Assembly: GCA_017609795.1 (NCBI GenBank)
Contig: JAFCDH010000010.1
Span: forward strand, 1-32,481
Length of the DNA: 32,481 nt
Origin: Candidatus Pacearchaeota archaeon
Lineage (GTDB): Archaea; Nanobdellota; Nanobdellia; Pacearchaeales; GW2011-AR1
Reading direction: 5' to 3'
In this document: positions 14,882 to 23,041 of the stretch, piece after piece
Layout of the letters: the number at the start of each line of letters is the position of its first letter
Numbering within the stretch: the first letter of the stretch is position 1
Position numbers and translations under genes: made by a program
Notes under the pieces: model-generated
Seen by the model: only the letters and a program-made list of their open reading frames with translations
What the model was told of the DNA's origin: nothing
Databases searched by the model: none

Positions 14882-16765
14882 ATGAAAAGAGAGATGCTTG
14901 AAGGAGGGTTACGGAAGGGAAACTTGGTTCCCTTGCTATCACTTATATTAGTATTTAGTTTATTAATCATTCCTGTATTTGCACAAGATGGAGAAAATGG
15001 GGATGAAGATATAGGTAAAGGAGTTTCTGAAGATGAAATTGATAAAGCATATTCTTGTTTAAAATCTCAATTAAGTGAAAATTGTGGAGATACAAAATCA
15101 ACAGAACAAACAGCTTTAAGTTTGCTTGCAATAGCTTATGATTCTGGAAAACAATCTGATTGTAAAACTTCTCTTAATAGTAAAAAATCAGGAAGTTGTT
15201 GGGGAACAACTTCTTCAGCAAACTGTGATTTAAAATCAACTTCTTTAGCAGTTCTTGCCCTAGATAATATTAATTCAGCTCCTAATGATGCTATTGAATG
15301 GATATTAAGCAAAGAAAAACTATCTCCAGATTTAGATTGGTTTTTAGAAATTGATGCAGATGAAGCAACTTCTTGTGATATACAAGTTAATGAAGGAAGT
15401 GCAAAAACATTCCAAATGAATGAAGATAAAAAAATGTCTGGAAGCACTACTTGTTTATCTCCTGCAGAATCAAATTATTATTTAAAAATATCTGATTCTT
15501 GTCTTGATGATGAGTTTAAAATAAGCTGTGATAAAGATTTTAAAACAACTTTAATTTATAAAAAATCAGGAAGTAGTGTTTATTATATTTCAAGTCAGAC
15601 TCATTCTTCTTCTTCAGGCGGAACCACTAATGAACAAGTAAATGCATATTGTTTTGCAAAATCAAGTAGTTGTGATTATGAAGGAAGTTTATGGGCTTCT
15701 TTAGCTTTAGCAAGAACAGGAGAAGAAATCTCTCCTTATATTCCATATCTTACTTCAATGTCTGATGAAAACAAAGAATATCTTCCATCAGCTTTCTTAT
15801 ATATGTTAACTAATGAAGATGATTATTATTCTGATTTAACTAATCAGCAAAAACAAGGAAAATATTGGGAAGAAACAGGTAAAAAATTCTATGACACATC
15901 AATAGCACTTTTAGCATTACAAAATGTAAATATTGAAGAAGTAACAAATACTAAAGATTATTTATTAGAAATTCAAGATAATTCTGGATGTTGGAATTCA
16001 AATAATATAAGAGATACAGCATTTGTTTTATATTCTGCATGGCCTAAATCTCCTGTAATATCTGGAGATGGAAGATCAGATTGTGAAAGCTTTAATCATT
16101 ATTGTGTTTCATCAGGAGAATGTTTAACAGAAGACACTTTAGATGATTTTTATTGTTTACATTTAAGCGATGTTTGTTGTAAAACAAGACCTGCAGAACA
16201 AACATGTGCTGAAAAACAAGGAATTATTTGTTCTTCAACTCAAGAGTGTAGTGGAGCAGATTCTATAGCTTCAGATACTAATTATTGTTGTCTTGCTTCT
16301 TGTATTGAAATTAAAAAAAACGAATGTGAAAACCAAGGATATTCTTGTAAAACCTCTTGTTCATCTGATGAAGTAGAAAAAACAGGGTATAACTGTGATT
16401 ATGTTGGAGATGTTTGTTGTGATAAAGAAGAAGGAGGTTGGGGAATAATTATCCTTCTTATAATTTTAATAATTCTTGTAATTTTAGCAATTATATTTAG
16501 AAATCAATTAAAAATCTGGTGGTTTAGAATCAAAAGCAAATTAAGATTTGGAAAAGGGCCTTCAGAATCTTTACAACCACCTATGCCTCCAATGGGAGGA
16601 GTTCCTCAATTACAAAGACCAATGCCAAGACATATTATACCAAGAAGACCTACTCATCGCCCTAGAAGAGCTTTATCAAGAAGACCTCTTAAAACTCCAA
16701 AAACTCCAAAAGCTCCAGATGCTTTTGAAGATACAATGGATAAGTTAAGGAAGATGAGTAAGTGA
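14882..16765 (+). CDS. Membrane-anchored surface protein: alpha/alpha-toroid (prenyltransferase/terpene-cyclase-like) repeats, three Cys-rich modules, TM helix, Pro/Arg-rich tail
   Basis: Signal peptide (LLSLILVFSLLIIPVFAQD). Repeats TEQTALSLLAIAY, LKSTSLAVLAL, YEGSLWASLALA, YDTSIALLALQ and EIQDNSGCWNSNNIRDTAFVLYSAW. Three C-x6-7-C-x3-5-C-x11-18-CC modules. TM helix WGIIILLIILIILVILAIIF. Only 45 nt after the sigma-like gene. Confidence 0.8.
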   Translation: MKREMLEGGLRKGNLVPLLSLILVFSLLIIPVFAQDGENGDEDIGKGVSEDEIDKAYSCLKSQLSENCGDTKSTEQTALSLLAIAYDSGKQSDCKTSLNSKKSGSCWGTTSSANCDLKSTSLAVLALDNINSAPNDAIEWILSKEKLSPDLDWFLEIDADEATSCDIQVNEGSAKTFQMNEDKKMSGSTTCLSPAESNYYLKISDSCLDDEFKISCDKDFKTTLIYKKSGSSVYYISSQTHSSSSGGTTNEQVNAYCFAKSSSCDYEGSLWASLALARTGEEISPYIPYLTSMSDENKEYLPSAFLYMLTNEDDYYSDLTNQQKQGKYWEETGKKFYDTSIALLALQNVNIEEVTNTKDYLLEIQDNSGCWNSNNIRDTAFVLYSAWPKSPVISGDGRSDCESFNHYCVSSGECLTEDTLDDFYCLHLSDVCCKTRPAEQTCAEKQGIICSSTQECSGADSIASDTNYCCLASCIEIKKNECENQGYSCKTSCSSDEVEKTGYNCDYVGDVCCDKEEGGWGIIILLIILIILVILAIIFRNQLKIWWFRIKSKLRFGKGPSESLQPPMPPMGGVPQLQRPMPRHIIPRRPTHRPRRALSRRPLKTPKTPKAPDAFEDTMDKLRKMSK

Positions 16766-16817
16766 ATTTAGATTTTTTAATTCAAAAAGGCAAGCCTAAC
16801 TTGAATTTATTTACTTT

Positions 16818-16902
16818 CTAATATCTGATAATTATAAAAAGAAATGAAGATGACGATCTTAATCTATTCATAATAAAGCTTAAAGATTTATAGAGATTCC
16901 AG
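16818..16902 (+). repeat. Intergenic repeat copy (sense on plus strand)
   Basis: ctaatatctgataattataaaaagaaatgaagatgacgatcttaatctattcataataaagcttaaagatttatagagattccag. Aligns with the reverse complement of copy 27159..27282 (ttaatctattcataacacaacttaaagatataataagattccag). Confidence 0.7.
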
Positions 16903-16961
16903 TTAATAACACAAAAACTAAATTTAGTTAAATTTAAAATCTATTTATTCTTATCCTAATC

Positions 16962-17957
16962 ATGAAAAAAGAGATAATAGCATTAGTATTAATCATATTC
17001 TTAATACCAACAATCTTAGCAATAGATGTATCTTTATCAAAAACAAGTTACCAACCACAAGAAACATTACAAGCAGAAATAACAGGAAATTTTATTTCTT
17101 TAACTAATGAAAATATTTTAATCTATAAAGGAGAGGCAGTACATTCAACACCAACAATCTCTGATTTAACTAAACAAGGAAATATTTATTATTTTTATGC
17201 AGTTCTTCCTAATCAAGAAGGGAATTTTAGTTTAAAGATTGAAAATTCCCAATATACACAAGCAGGACAAACTAAAACAGATACAATAACTAAGGATTTT
17301 AAAATTAAAAGAACAAATGAATCTGCTTTATCTATAAACCAAGGATTTGTTATTACTAGTGAAGATTTTTCAATTAAAGTAAAAAGTTTAAATAATAATC
17401 AAGAAATTTCAGCAATATTAGAATCAACAAAAGAAATACACAATACCACCTTAATAGAAGATTCTGAAAAAATTTTTAGTTTTTCAGTTTTAGCAGAAGA
17501 AACAATAAAAACTAATCTTAAAATTAATAATTATAATATTCCTGTTTTTATTATAGAAAAAACACAACCTATTATAAATAAAACAAATAAATCAGAAATA
17601 AATCAATCTGAACCTAAAATTGATATAGAAAATAAAACAAAAGAAGAAATAGCAGCATTAAACTGTGTTGACATTGGTGAAAAATGTGAAGACAATGAAA
17701 AATGTGAAGGAGAGATTGTTTCAAGTTTAGATGGTTCTTGTTGTGTAGGAGATTGTATAGAAAAAAAACAAAAAAGCTATGCATGGATTATAGGAGTTAT
17801 AATTTTGATTATTCTTGCCACAACAATCTGGTTTTTTTATTCAAGAGCAAGAAAAAGACAAGCACCTAAATCTACAGAAGATATTTTAAGAGAAAAATCT
17901 GAAGATTTTGATGAGCGAATGAGTGGAGAAGTTAGTGGGAGTTTAGGAAGGAGTTGA
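16962..17957 (+). CDS. Membrane-anchored surface protein with one Cys-rich juxtamembrane module
   Basis: Signal peptide (IIALVLIIFLIPTILA), beta-rich ectodomain, CVDIGEKCEDNEKCEGEIVSSLDGSCCVGDC, then TM helix YAWIIGVIILIILATTIWFFY and a charged tail. Confidence 0.75.
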   Translation: MKKEIIALVLIIFLIPTILAIDVSLSKTSYQPQETLQAEITGNFISLTNENILIYKGEAVHSTPTISDLTKQGNIYYFYAVLPNQEGNFSLKIENSQYTQAGQTKTDTITKDFKIKRTNESALSINQGFVITSEDFSIKVKSLNNNQEISAILESTKEIHNTTLIEDSEKIFSFSVLAEETIKTNLKINNYNIPVFIIEKTQPIINKTNKSEINQSEPKIDIENKTKEEIAALNCVDIGEKCEDNEKCEGEIVSSLDGSCCVGDCIEKKQKSYAWIIGVIILIILATTIWFFYSRARKRQAPKSTEDILREKSEDFDERMSGEVSGSLGRS

Positions 17958-17961
17958 GTTT

Positions 17962-18267
17962 TTAAACAACAACTTCTTTTTCTACACCTTTAATTAAATT
18001 CCAATCAAGTTTTATTAATTGTTGTACAGCAGGATTTTCTGTATTTAATTTATATAAATCTGATTTTCCAACTCTTCTAGTTTTGATAACTATTTTATTT
18101 CTTTTTAACTTATCCCAGAAAGTTTGTAATGTAGAATAGCTAACTCCTGAATTTTTAGCTATTTCTGTTAAAGGATAGTCAAATAACTGAAAACTTATAA
18201 GAAAATCTAAAATCCTTATTATTGGATTATTTCCAAAAACCTCTAAAAAAATTGTTTCATTTGGCAT
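17962..18267 (-). CDS. Winged-helix transcriptional regulator
   Basis: 101 aa. YPLTEIAKNSGVSYSTLQTFWDKLKRNKIVIKTRRVGKSDLYKLN is an HTH plus wing pattern. Confidence 0.55.
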   Translation of the reverse strand: MPNETIFLEVFGNNPIIRILDFLISFQLFDYPLTEIAKNSGVSYSTLQTFWDKLKRNKIVIKTRRVGKSDLYKLNTENPAVQQLIKLDWNLIKGVEKEVVV

Positions 18268-18292
18268 GTTTAATGATAAGAGTTATCCTTTA

Positions 18293-18339
18293 TAAATGTT
18301 TCTATTTATGTTTTTATATTTCAATATTAGAAACATTTA
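18293..18339. promoter_or_regulatory. Candidate operator: 12-bp perfect inverted repeat in a divergent promoter region
   Basis: taaatgtttcta (18293-18304) and tagaaacattta (18328-18339) separated by 23 nt, between divergent genes 17962..18267(-) and 18365..18637(+). Confidence 0.4.
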
Positions 18340-18364
18340 AATATTCTCTTTTCTATGTTTTATA

Positions 18365-18637
18365 ATGGAATTTAATGAAGAAAAAATTAAGGCAACTATT
18401 TTATATCATTTAAGAAGAAAAAAAGTTATGGGAGGAGTTCACACTCATTTTGATGCTTTAAGAAGGGGATTTCCATCACATTTAGGAAAAGATATTAAAA
18501 AGATAGCTAAAGATTTAATTAAACAAGGATTAATTTTAACAAAACCAATTACCTATGGATTACAAGTTTATTTAAATAAAGAAAGATTAAATGAAATAGA
18601 AGATTTTATTTTTAAGATTTTAAAATTTAAGTTTTAG
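18365..18637 (+). CDS. Hypothetical small protein (possibly wHTH-like)
   Basis: 90-aa ORF with a basic N-terminal half. No motif confidently recognised. Confidence 0.4.
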   Translation: MEFNEEKIKATILYHLRRKKVMGGVHTHFDALRRGFPSHLGKDIKKIAKDLIKQGLILTKPITYGLQVYLNKERLNEIEDFIFKILKFKF

Positions 18638-19139
18638 AATTAATCTTTTTTCTTCTTTCCCTTTTTTTTAACTTTCTTTTTTTCTTATCTTCACCCTTTA
18701 TTCCTTTTTCAAAACTTTCAATTTTTTCTTCAGCTTCTTTTAACCTTTGAATAAGAATATTTTTTTCCATAAGAGAGACTTTAGCAAGTTCATCATATTT
18801 ATGTATTTTTACACAAAGATTTGAAACAACAGAACTTAAATCAAAATTTTTAAATTCTAATTCTTTTGGCCCAAGAATTTCTACATGAGAAGGAAGCATG
18901 TTTAAAGCAATATCAAATATAAGACTTAAATTATCTGTAATTAACTCAACTTCTGCAAAAGTTGTAAATAAATTCTGAACATCTTTTTTCTCAACAGGTT
19001 TTGGTTCTCTAATTTCTTTTCTAATAATATCAATGCCTTTTTGCTCTCCAAGTTTATCTATAAGCTCACCCAAAGTATTTTTAATATGTTCAGGGGGTCT
19101 TCCCATTATTTCAAAAATAAATAATGCTTTTATTTTCAT
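18627..19139 (-). CDS. Hypothetical protein with coiled-coil region and Lys/Arg-rich tail
   Basis: 170-aa ORF preceded by a repeat copy and the aaccaaaatttaaa leader motif. C-terminus KKKRKLKKRERRKKINSKT. Confidence 0.5.
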   Translation of the reverse strand: MKIKALFIFEIMGRPPEHIKNTLGELIDKLGEQKGIDIIRKEIREPKPVEKKDVQNLFTTFAEVELITDNLSLIFDIALNMLPSHVEILGPKELEFKNFDLSSVVSNLCVKIHKYDELAKVSLMEKNILIQRLKEAEEKIESFEKGIKGEDKKKRKLKKRERRKKINSKT

Positions 19140-19163
19140 TTTAAATTTTGGTTTTTTATATTA

Positions 19164-19256
19164 TTTATCTATATCTTTATGAACTTTTAAGCTATTATTT
19201 GAACAGCTTAATCTCTGTAGAACATCTCGTCCTACGCTTATAAGATATTGATATTT
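19164..19256 (-). repeat. Intergenic repeat copy E6
   Basis: tttatctatatctttatgaacttttaagctattatttgaacagcttaatctctgtagaacatctcgtcctacgcttataagatattgatattt. Confidence 0.8.
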
Positions 19257-19263
19257 ATTAGTC

Positions 19264-20400
19264 CTATTTCAACTTCTTAAATATTAACAAAACACAAATA
19301 AATACACATAATACTGAAAATCCATAAACAGCATATTTTCTTATTTGTTCTGTTTTAGATTCATAAATAATATTTTTCTGGGTTTTTATATCTTCTGTTT
19401 GTTCTACAACCTCTGAAACTCCTAATTTAATTACATCTCCAGTAATAGAAGAAGATTGTATTGATTCAGACTTCTTAGACTCAATATTGTTTTTTATATT
19501 TTCTTGTTCTTCCTCTTCCTCTTTTATCTTTAAAATATCAATATTTTCATTATCTTCTTCATAATCTTTTAATTTAAAAAAGATTTTACCTCTTCCAAAA
19601 AAAGTTTCATAATTATCTATAATTCTTAATTTAGCATATTCTGTTTCATTTCCAGGACCTTGAAAAAACTCATAAATATAATATTTTCCAGATTTCCATT
19701 CTTCTTTTTCATCATCATACCTATCAGAAATTATTGTATCATTACCTTTAAATTCAATCCAGATTTTTAAATCATAAGTCTCATCTTTTAGATTAAAAGC
19801 TCTAACTTTAATTTTAAATTCATCTCCATTTACAATCTCTTCATCATCCCAATCAACTTCTAAATAAATAGGAGGGTCTCCTTCATTTTGATTATTATTA
19901 CCATTTTCATTATTTATTGAACAATTATTTGATGAACTAGGGGTTGGATTTCTCTCAATCCATTCTCCAGAACAATATTGCCAGCTTATTCCAGGGGTTG
20001 TATCTTCATAAGTAAAATCATCAATTAACTCTGAATTATTATCAAAAAGGAAAACAGATTCTTTATCATTTACTAAACTAATTCCAGACAATTCCATAAC
20101 CTTTTCCTCATCAACAGAAAAATTACTCAAAAACACTTCTTTATCTCTTGTTATTATTAAATAATCTTCTAAATAAAAATCAAAATCATAATCTTGATTA
20201 GTAGTATTAATATTCCAGTTAGTTAAATTAATTGGATTTTCAGTATAAATCTCAATATATTCACAATCAACATCTGGACATTGATTAGGATCTGCCATAA
20301 CTTCATTAATTCTAACTCCTAGAACACTTCCAAACATAAGTATAAATTCAATAATCAAGACTAGTAAGACTATCCAACTCTTTTTCATCTTTAAATACAT
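19264..20400 (-). CDS. Surface protein with lamin-tail-domain (LTD)-like N-terminal domain and C-terminal TM anchor
   Basis: Signal peptide, then RINEVMADPNQCPDVDCEYIEIYTENPINLTNWNI (LTD signature INE...E[YW]IE[IL]). C-terminal helix YAVYGFSVLCVFICVLLIF. Confidence 0.7.
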   Translation of the reverse strand: MYLKMKKSWIVLLVLIIEFILMFGSVLGVRINEVMADPNQCPDVDCEYIEIYTENPINLTNWNINTTNQDYDFDFYLEDYLIITRDKEVFLSNFSVDEEKVMELSGISLVNDKESVFLFDNNSELIDDFTYEDTTPGISWQYCSGEWIERNPTPSSSNNCSINNENGNNNQNEGDPPIYLEVDWDDEEIVNGDEFKIKVRAFNLKDETYDLKIWIEFKGNDTIISDRYDDEKEEWKSGKYYIYEFFQGPGNETEYAKLRIIDNYETFFGRGKIFFKLKDYEEDNENIDILKIKEEEEEQENIKNNIESKKSESIQSSSITGDVIKLGVSEVVEQTEDIKTQKNIIYESKTEQIRKYAVYGFSVLCVFICVLLIFKKLK

Positions 20401-20833
20401 TATCTCCTATTTTTAAAGATTTATCTTTTTTAACCTCTCTTTCACTAAAAAATTGAGCAAATCTTTTGCCTTTTTTTCTTACACCTTCAAGAGTAATAAC
20501 CCAGTTTTTTCCAGAATCTTTTAGTTTTTTTGGATTAATAAAAAACCAACCAAATTTATTAAATCTTATAGCAAGAACTGGTTTTAATCCAAAAATATCT
20601 GCAAAAATCATGAAGTTTTCTATTTGCTCTTTTGAAATATATTTAGAAGGTTTTTTACTTGATTTAACTTCAATACAATATTTTTTTCCACTACCTTTTT
20701 TTCCAGCAATTATATCACAATCAGCATTTTCCATAGTCCCACTTCCAGCAACACGAACAGCTCTATAATTATGTTCAACAAACATTTGATATAATTCTCT
20801 TTCTGCTTTAGAACCTTTTGCTTTGTTTTTCAT
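20348..20833 (-). CDS. hjc: Holliday junction resolvase Hjc
   Basis: KGSKAERELYQMFVEHNYRAVRVAGSG...DIIAGKKG...YCIEVKSSK is the archaeal Hjc nuclease motif set. The ~25-aa C-terminal extension overlaps the next gene by 53 nt. TATA-like gcatataaatt about 20-27 nt upstream. Confidence 0.8.
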   Translation of the reverse strand: MKNKAKGSKAERELYQMFVEHNYRAVRVAGSGTMENADCDIIAGKKGSGKKYCIEVKSSKKPSKYISKEQIENFMIFADIFGLKPVLAIRFNKFGWFFINPKKLKDSGKNWVITLEGVRKKGKRFAQFFSEREVKKDKSLKIGDNVFKDEKELDSLTSLDY

Positions 20834-20863
20834 GTGTTTCTAGGTCTCAATTTATATGCTTTA

Positions 20864-21022
20864 TCATTTTTGAAGCGGGACTCTCAAAAATTTATAAATG
20901 TGATGGGGATTTTTCCTTATTTTTCTAATCTTTTTAACTATAATGTCTAATTGTTTTGGATTTTTCTTAGATAATTTACTAAATATTTTATCAGCTTCTT
21001 CTTTTATTTCTAAGGAATACAT
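20864..21022 (-). pseudogene. Truncated RelE/ParE-like toxin (52 codons)
   Basis: Own translation MYSLEIKEEADKIFSKLSKKNPKQLDIIVKKIRKIRKNPHHIYKFLRVPLQK. The N-terminal two thirds look like a RelE/ParE-type toxin, but the ORF stops where the catalytic C-terminal strands would begin. Confidence 0.4.
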
Positions 21023-21023
21023 T

Positions 21024-21308
21024 TTAGTTTAATCCATATCTTTTAGAGAAATCTTTTACTTTAATACTCTTTTGTTTTTCAATAACCCTAATTTTTTCAA
21101 TAAATTCAGGTTTTAATTCAGGCTCTTCTTCTGTTTCAATATATCTTTCAACAACAAATTCAATAGCTTCACCTTTATCATTAAACCCATATTTAGCTTT
21201 TACAATATTTAATACCCTATTAGTATTTTCATCTAGTTTTATTAATGCATTTACCCTTTTATCTAAACTTAGTTTAAATAAGCTTAACTTATTTATAAAC
21301 TTTTCTAT
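21024..21308 (-). pseudogene. Antitoxin-like ORF without a canonical start codon
   Basis: Open frame ...LSLDKRVNALIKLDENTNRVLNIVKAKYGFNDKGEAIEFVVERYIETEEEPELKPEFIEKIRVIEKQKSIKVKDFSKRYGLN ends 1 nt before the toxin ATG. The LDENTNRVLNIVKAKYG pattern resembles small archaeal antitoxins. No ATG, GTG or TTG in frame back to the upstream stop. Confidence 0.3.
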
Positions 21309-21437
21309 GATAAATAATTTAAATAATATAAAAAAGAAATAAAAAATTTACTTTTTACTATAGCTTTAGATCTATTAATTAATTTTTTCAGAACAAAACA
21401 AAACATTTATAAATGTTATTACATATGTAATAACATA

Positions 21438-22232
21438 ATGAAACAACTACTTAAAAAAGCATATAAAGTAGGAAATTCTGCAGGAGTAGTAGTCCCAAAA
21501 GAATGGATGAATGGGTTTGTAGAAGTAAAATTAGTTGAACCTCCAATTAGATTAGATGCTTCAAGCATCTTGAAAATATTACAACAAGAAAATATAGATA
21601 CTTCTAGAATTTTAGGGATTGCTATTACAGGAAGTTATGCTAAGGAAGAACACACTTTAGATAGCGATGTTGATATATTGGTTATAACAGATAATCTAAA
21701 TAAAAAAATAAATGTTGGGAGATATGAAATAATTATTCTTTCTGAAGAAATTTTAAAATCTCAATTAGAGAATATGGGATTTCCAATACTTCCAATGATT
21801 TTAGAATCTAAGACAATAATTAATAAAAAATTATTCGAAAAATATAAAAAGAATAAGTTAAATAAAAAAGCTTTGAAATGGCTTATTGATACAACAAGAT
21901 CAAGTATTAAAATATCTAAAGAACAAACATCCATTCTAAAAGAACTAGGTGAAAAAAAAGTAAGTGATAATATTTCTTATTCTTTGATTCTTAGATTAAG
22001 AACAATTTTCATAATAGAAAAACTAATAAAAAATAAATCTTGGAATAAAAAAGATTTTTTAAATTTAATAAAAAAAGTTTCAGGATCTTTAATTGCTTAT
22101 GAGGGATATATAAGAGTTAAAAATAATAAAAAGATAAGAAAAGAATTATTAATAGAAGATGTAGAAAGATTAGTAGAATATATAACTAAAAAAACAGAAA
22201 AATGGATAAAAAACAAAGAAAACAGCTTTTAA
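21438..22232 (+). CDS. AbrB/SpoVT-like domain fused to a minimal nucleotidyltransferase and a helical C-terminal domain
   Basis: N-terminus AYKVGNSAGVVVPKEW (AbrB/SpoVT swapped-hairpin signature), then GIAITGSYAKEEHTLDSDVDILVITD (GS...DxD NTase), then a ~130-aa helical region. Confidence 0.7.
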   Translation: MKQLLKKAYKVGNSAGVVVPKEWMNGFVEVKLVEPPIRLDASSILKILQQENIDTSRILGIAITGSYAKEEHTLDSDVDILVITDNLNKKINVGRYEIIILSEEILKSQLENMGFPILPMILESKTIINKKLFEKYKKNKLNKKALKWLIDTTRSSIKISKEQTSILKELGEKKVSDNISYSLILRLRTIFIIEKLIKNKSWNKKDFLNLIKKVSGSLIAYEGYIRVKNNKKIRKELLIEDVERLVEYITKKTEKWIKNKENSF

Positions 22233-22390
22233 AAAGAAAAGATGGTTTGTTAAAAGATATAGAAAAACATAAATTAAAAAAACAAACAGAAAAGGGGAGA
22301 TTAGATACAACCCCTAGATATTGGGATATAGAAATTGAGACTAAAGAAAGAGTTTTAGATGAAATAGAAAAAAGACTTAAAAAGAAATAA
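22202..22390 (+). CDS. Small charged coiled-coil protein (hypothetical)
   Basis: 62-aa ORF overlapping the previous gene by 31 nt. Highly Lys/Glu-rich with no motif. Confidence 0.3.
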   Translation: MDKKQRKQLLKRKDGLLKDIEKHKLKKQTEKGRLDTTPRYWDIEIETKERVLDEIEKRLKKK

Positions 22391-22579
22391 TCATAAATCC
22401 CTAGCTAATAAAGTCTTTCTCTGATTTGCTTTAGATCTATCAATAGCATTTTTTAGAATTTCTTCAACTTTTTGTTCTAAAGCAGGTTCAACTTCTTCAG
22501 CAACATTATTCACTGTGTTTTCTTCATCTAATTTTTTCACAATTTCTCTTATCTTACTTTTAACAATTATTCCTGTCAT
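22391..22579 (-). CDS. Small histone-fold-like protein (DUF1931-like)
   Basis: IVKSKIREIVKKL...VAEEVEPALEQKVEEILKNAIDRSKANQRKTLLARDL. The C-terminal A..NgRKT....D pattern is typical of histone-fold/DUF1931 proteins. Confidence 0.5.
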   Translation of the reverse strand: MTGIIVKSKIREIVKKLDEENTVNNVAEEVEPALEQKVEEILKNAIDRSKANQRKTLLARDL

Positions 22580-22629
22580 AATTATCTTAAAAACATCAAA
22601 TATATAAACCTTACTTACTTTAATAAAAA

Positions 22630-22929
22630 ATGGAAAATAAAAGAGGTTCTAAAATAATTACAGTTTTAGCAGGAGTTGCTATTTCAATAGCTACAATGAC
22701 TTTTGGTTGTATTGATGGTTATACTTATAATAGAGGTTATTCAGATTATAGAAGCAACTACTCAAATTATAAGCATAGACCTTGGATTAACCCTTATCCA
22801 AACCATCAGGGAGGTCATTTTCAAATTATAATAACTCCAAGACCTTTTAATAATAGTCCTTATGGACATAGATTTTATCCTAATTATAGAAGCCCTAATT
22901 CTATATATCCACAAAGACACAGAAGATAA
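22630..22929 (+). CDS. Lipoprotein-like, Tyr/Asn/Pro/Arg-rich low-complexity protein
   Basis: Signal-like IITVLAGVAISIATMTFGC (lipobox-like). TATA-like aatatataaac about 25-30 nt upstream. Confidence 0.4.
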   Translation: MENKRGSKIITVLAGVAISIATMTFGCIDGYTYNRGYSDYRSNYSNYKHRPWINPYPNHQGGHFQIIITPRPFNNSPYGHRFYPNYRSPNSIYPQRHRR

Positions 22930-22947
22930 TTTTGATTTATTCTGAAA

Positions 22948-23032
22948 TTCTACAAGCTCAATCAAGAGACTATCTAAATAACTTAATCTCCTCCTCTTTA
23001 TTTCATAATATTTTATAAGATATAGATATTTT
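22948..23032 (-). repeat. Orphan intergenic repeat copy K (no downstream gene)
   Basis: ttctacaagctcaatcaagagactatctaaataacttaatctcctcctctttatttcataatattttataagatatagatatttt. Lies between the convergent 3' ends of 22630..22929(+) and lysS(-). Confidence 0.7.
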
Positions 23033-23041
23033 TTAAAAATC

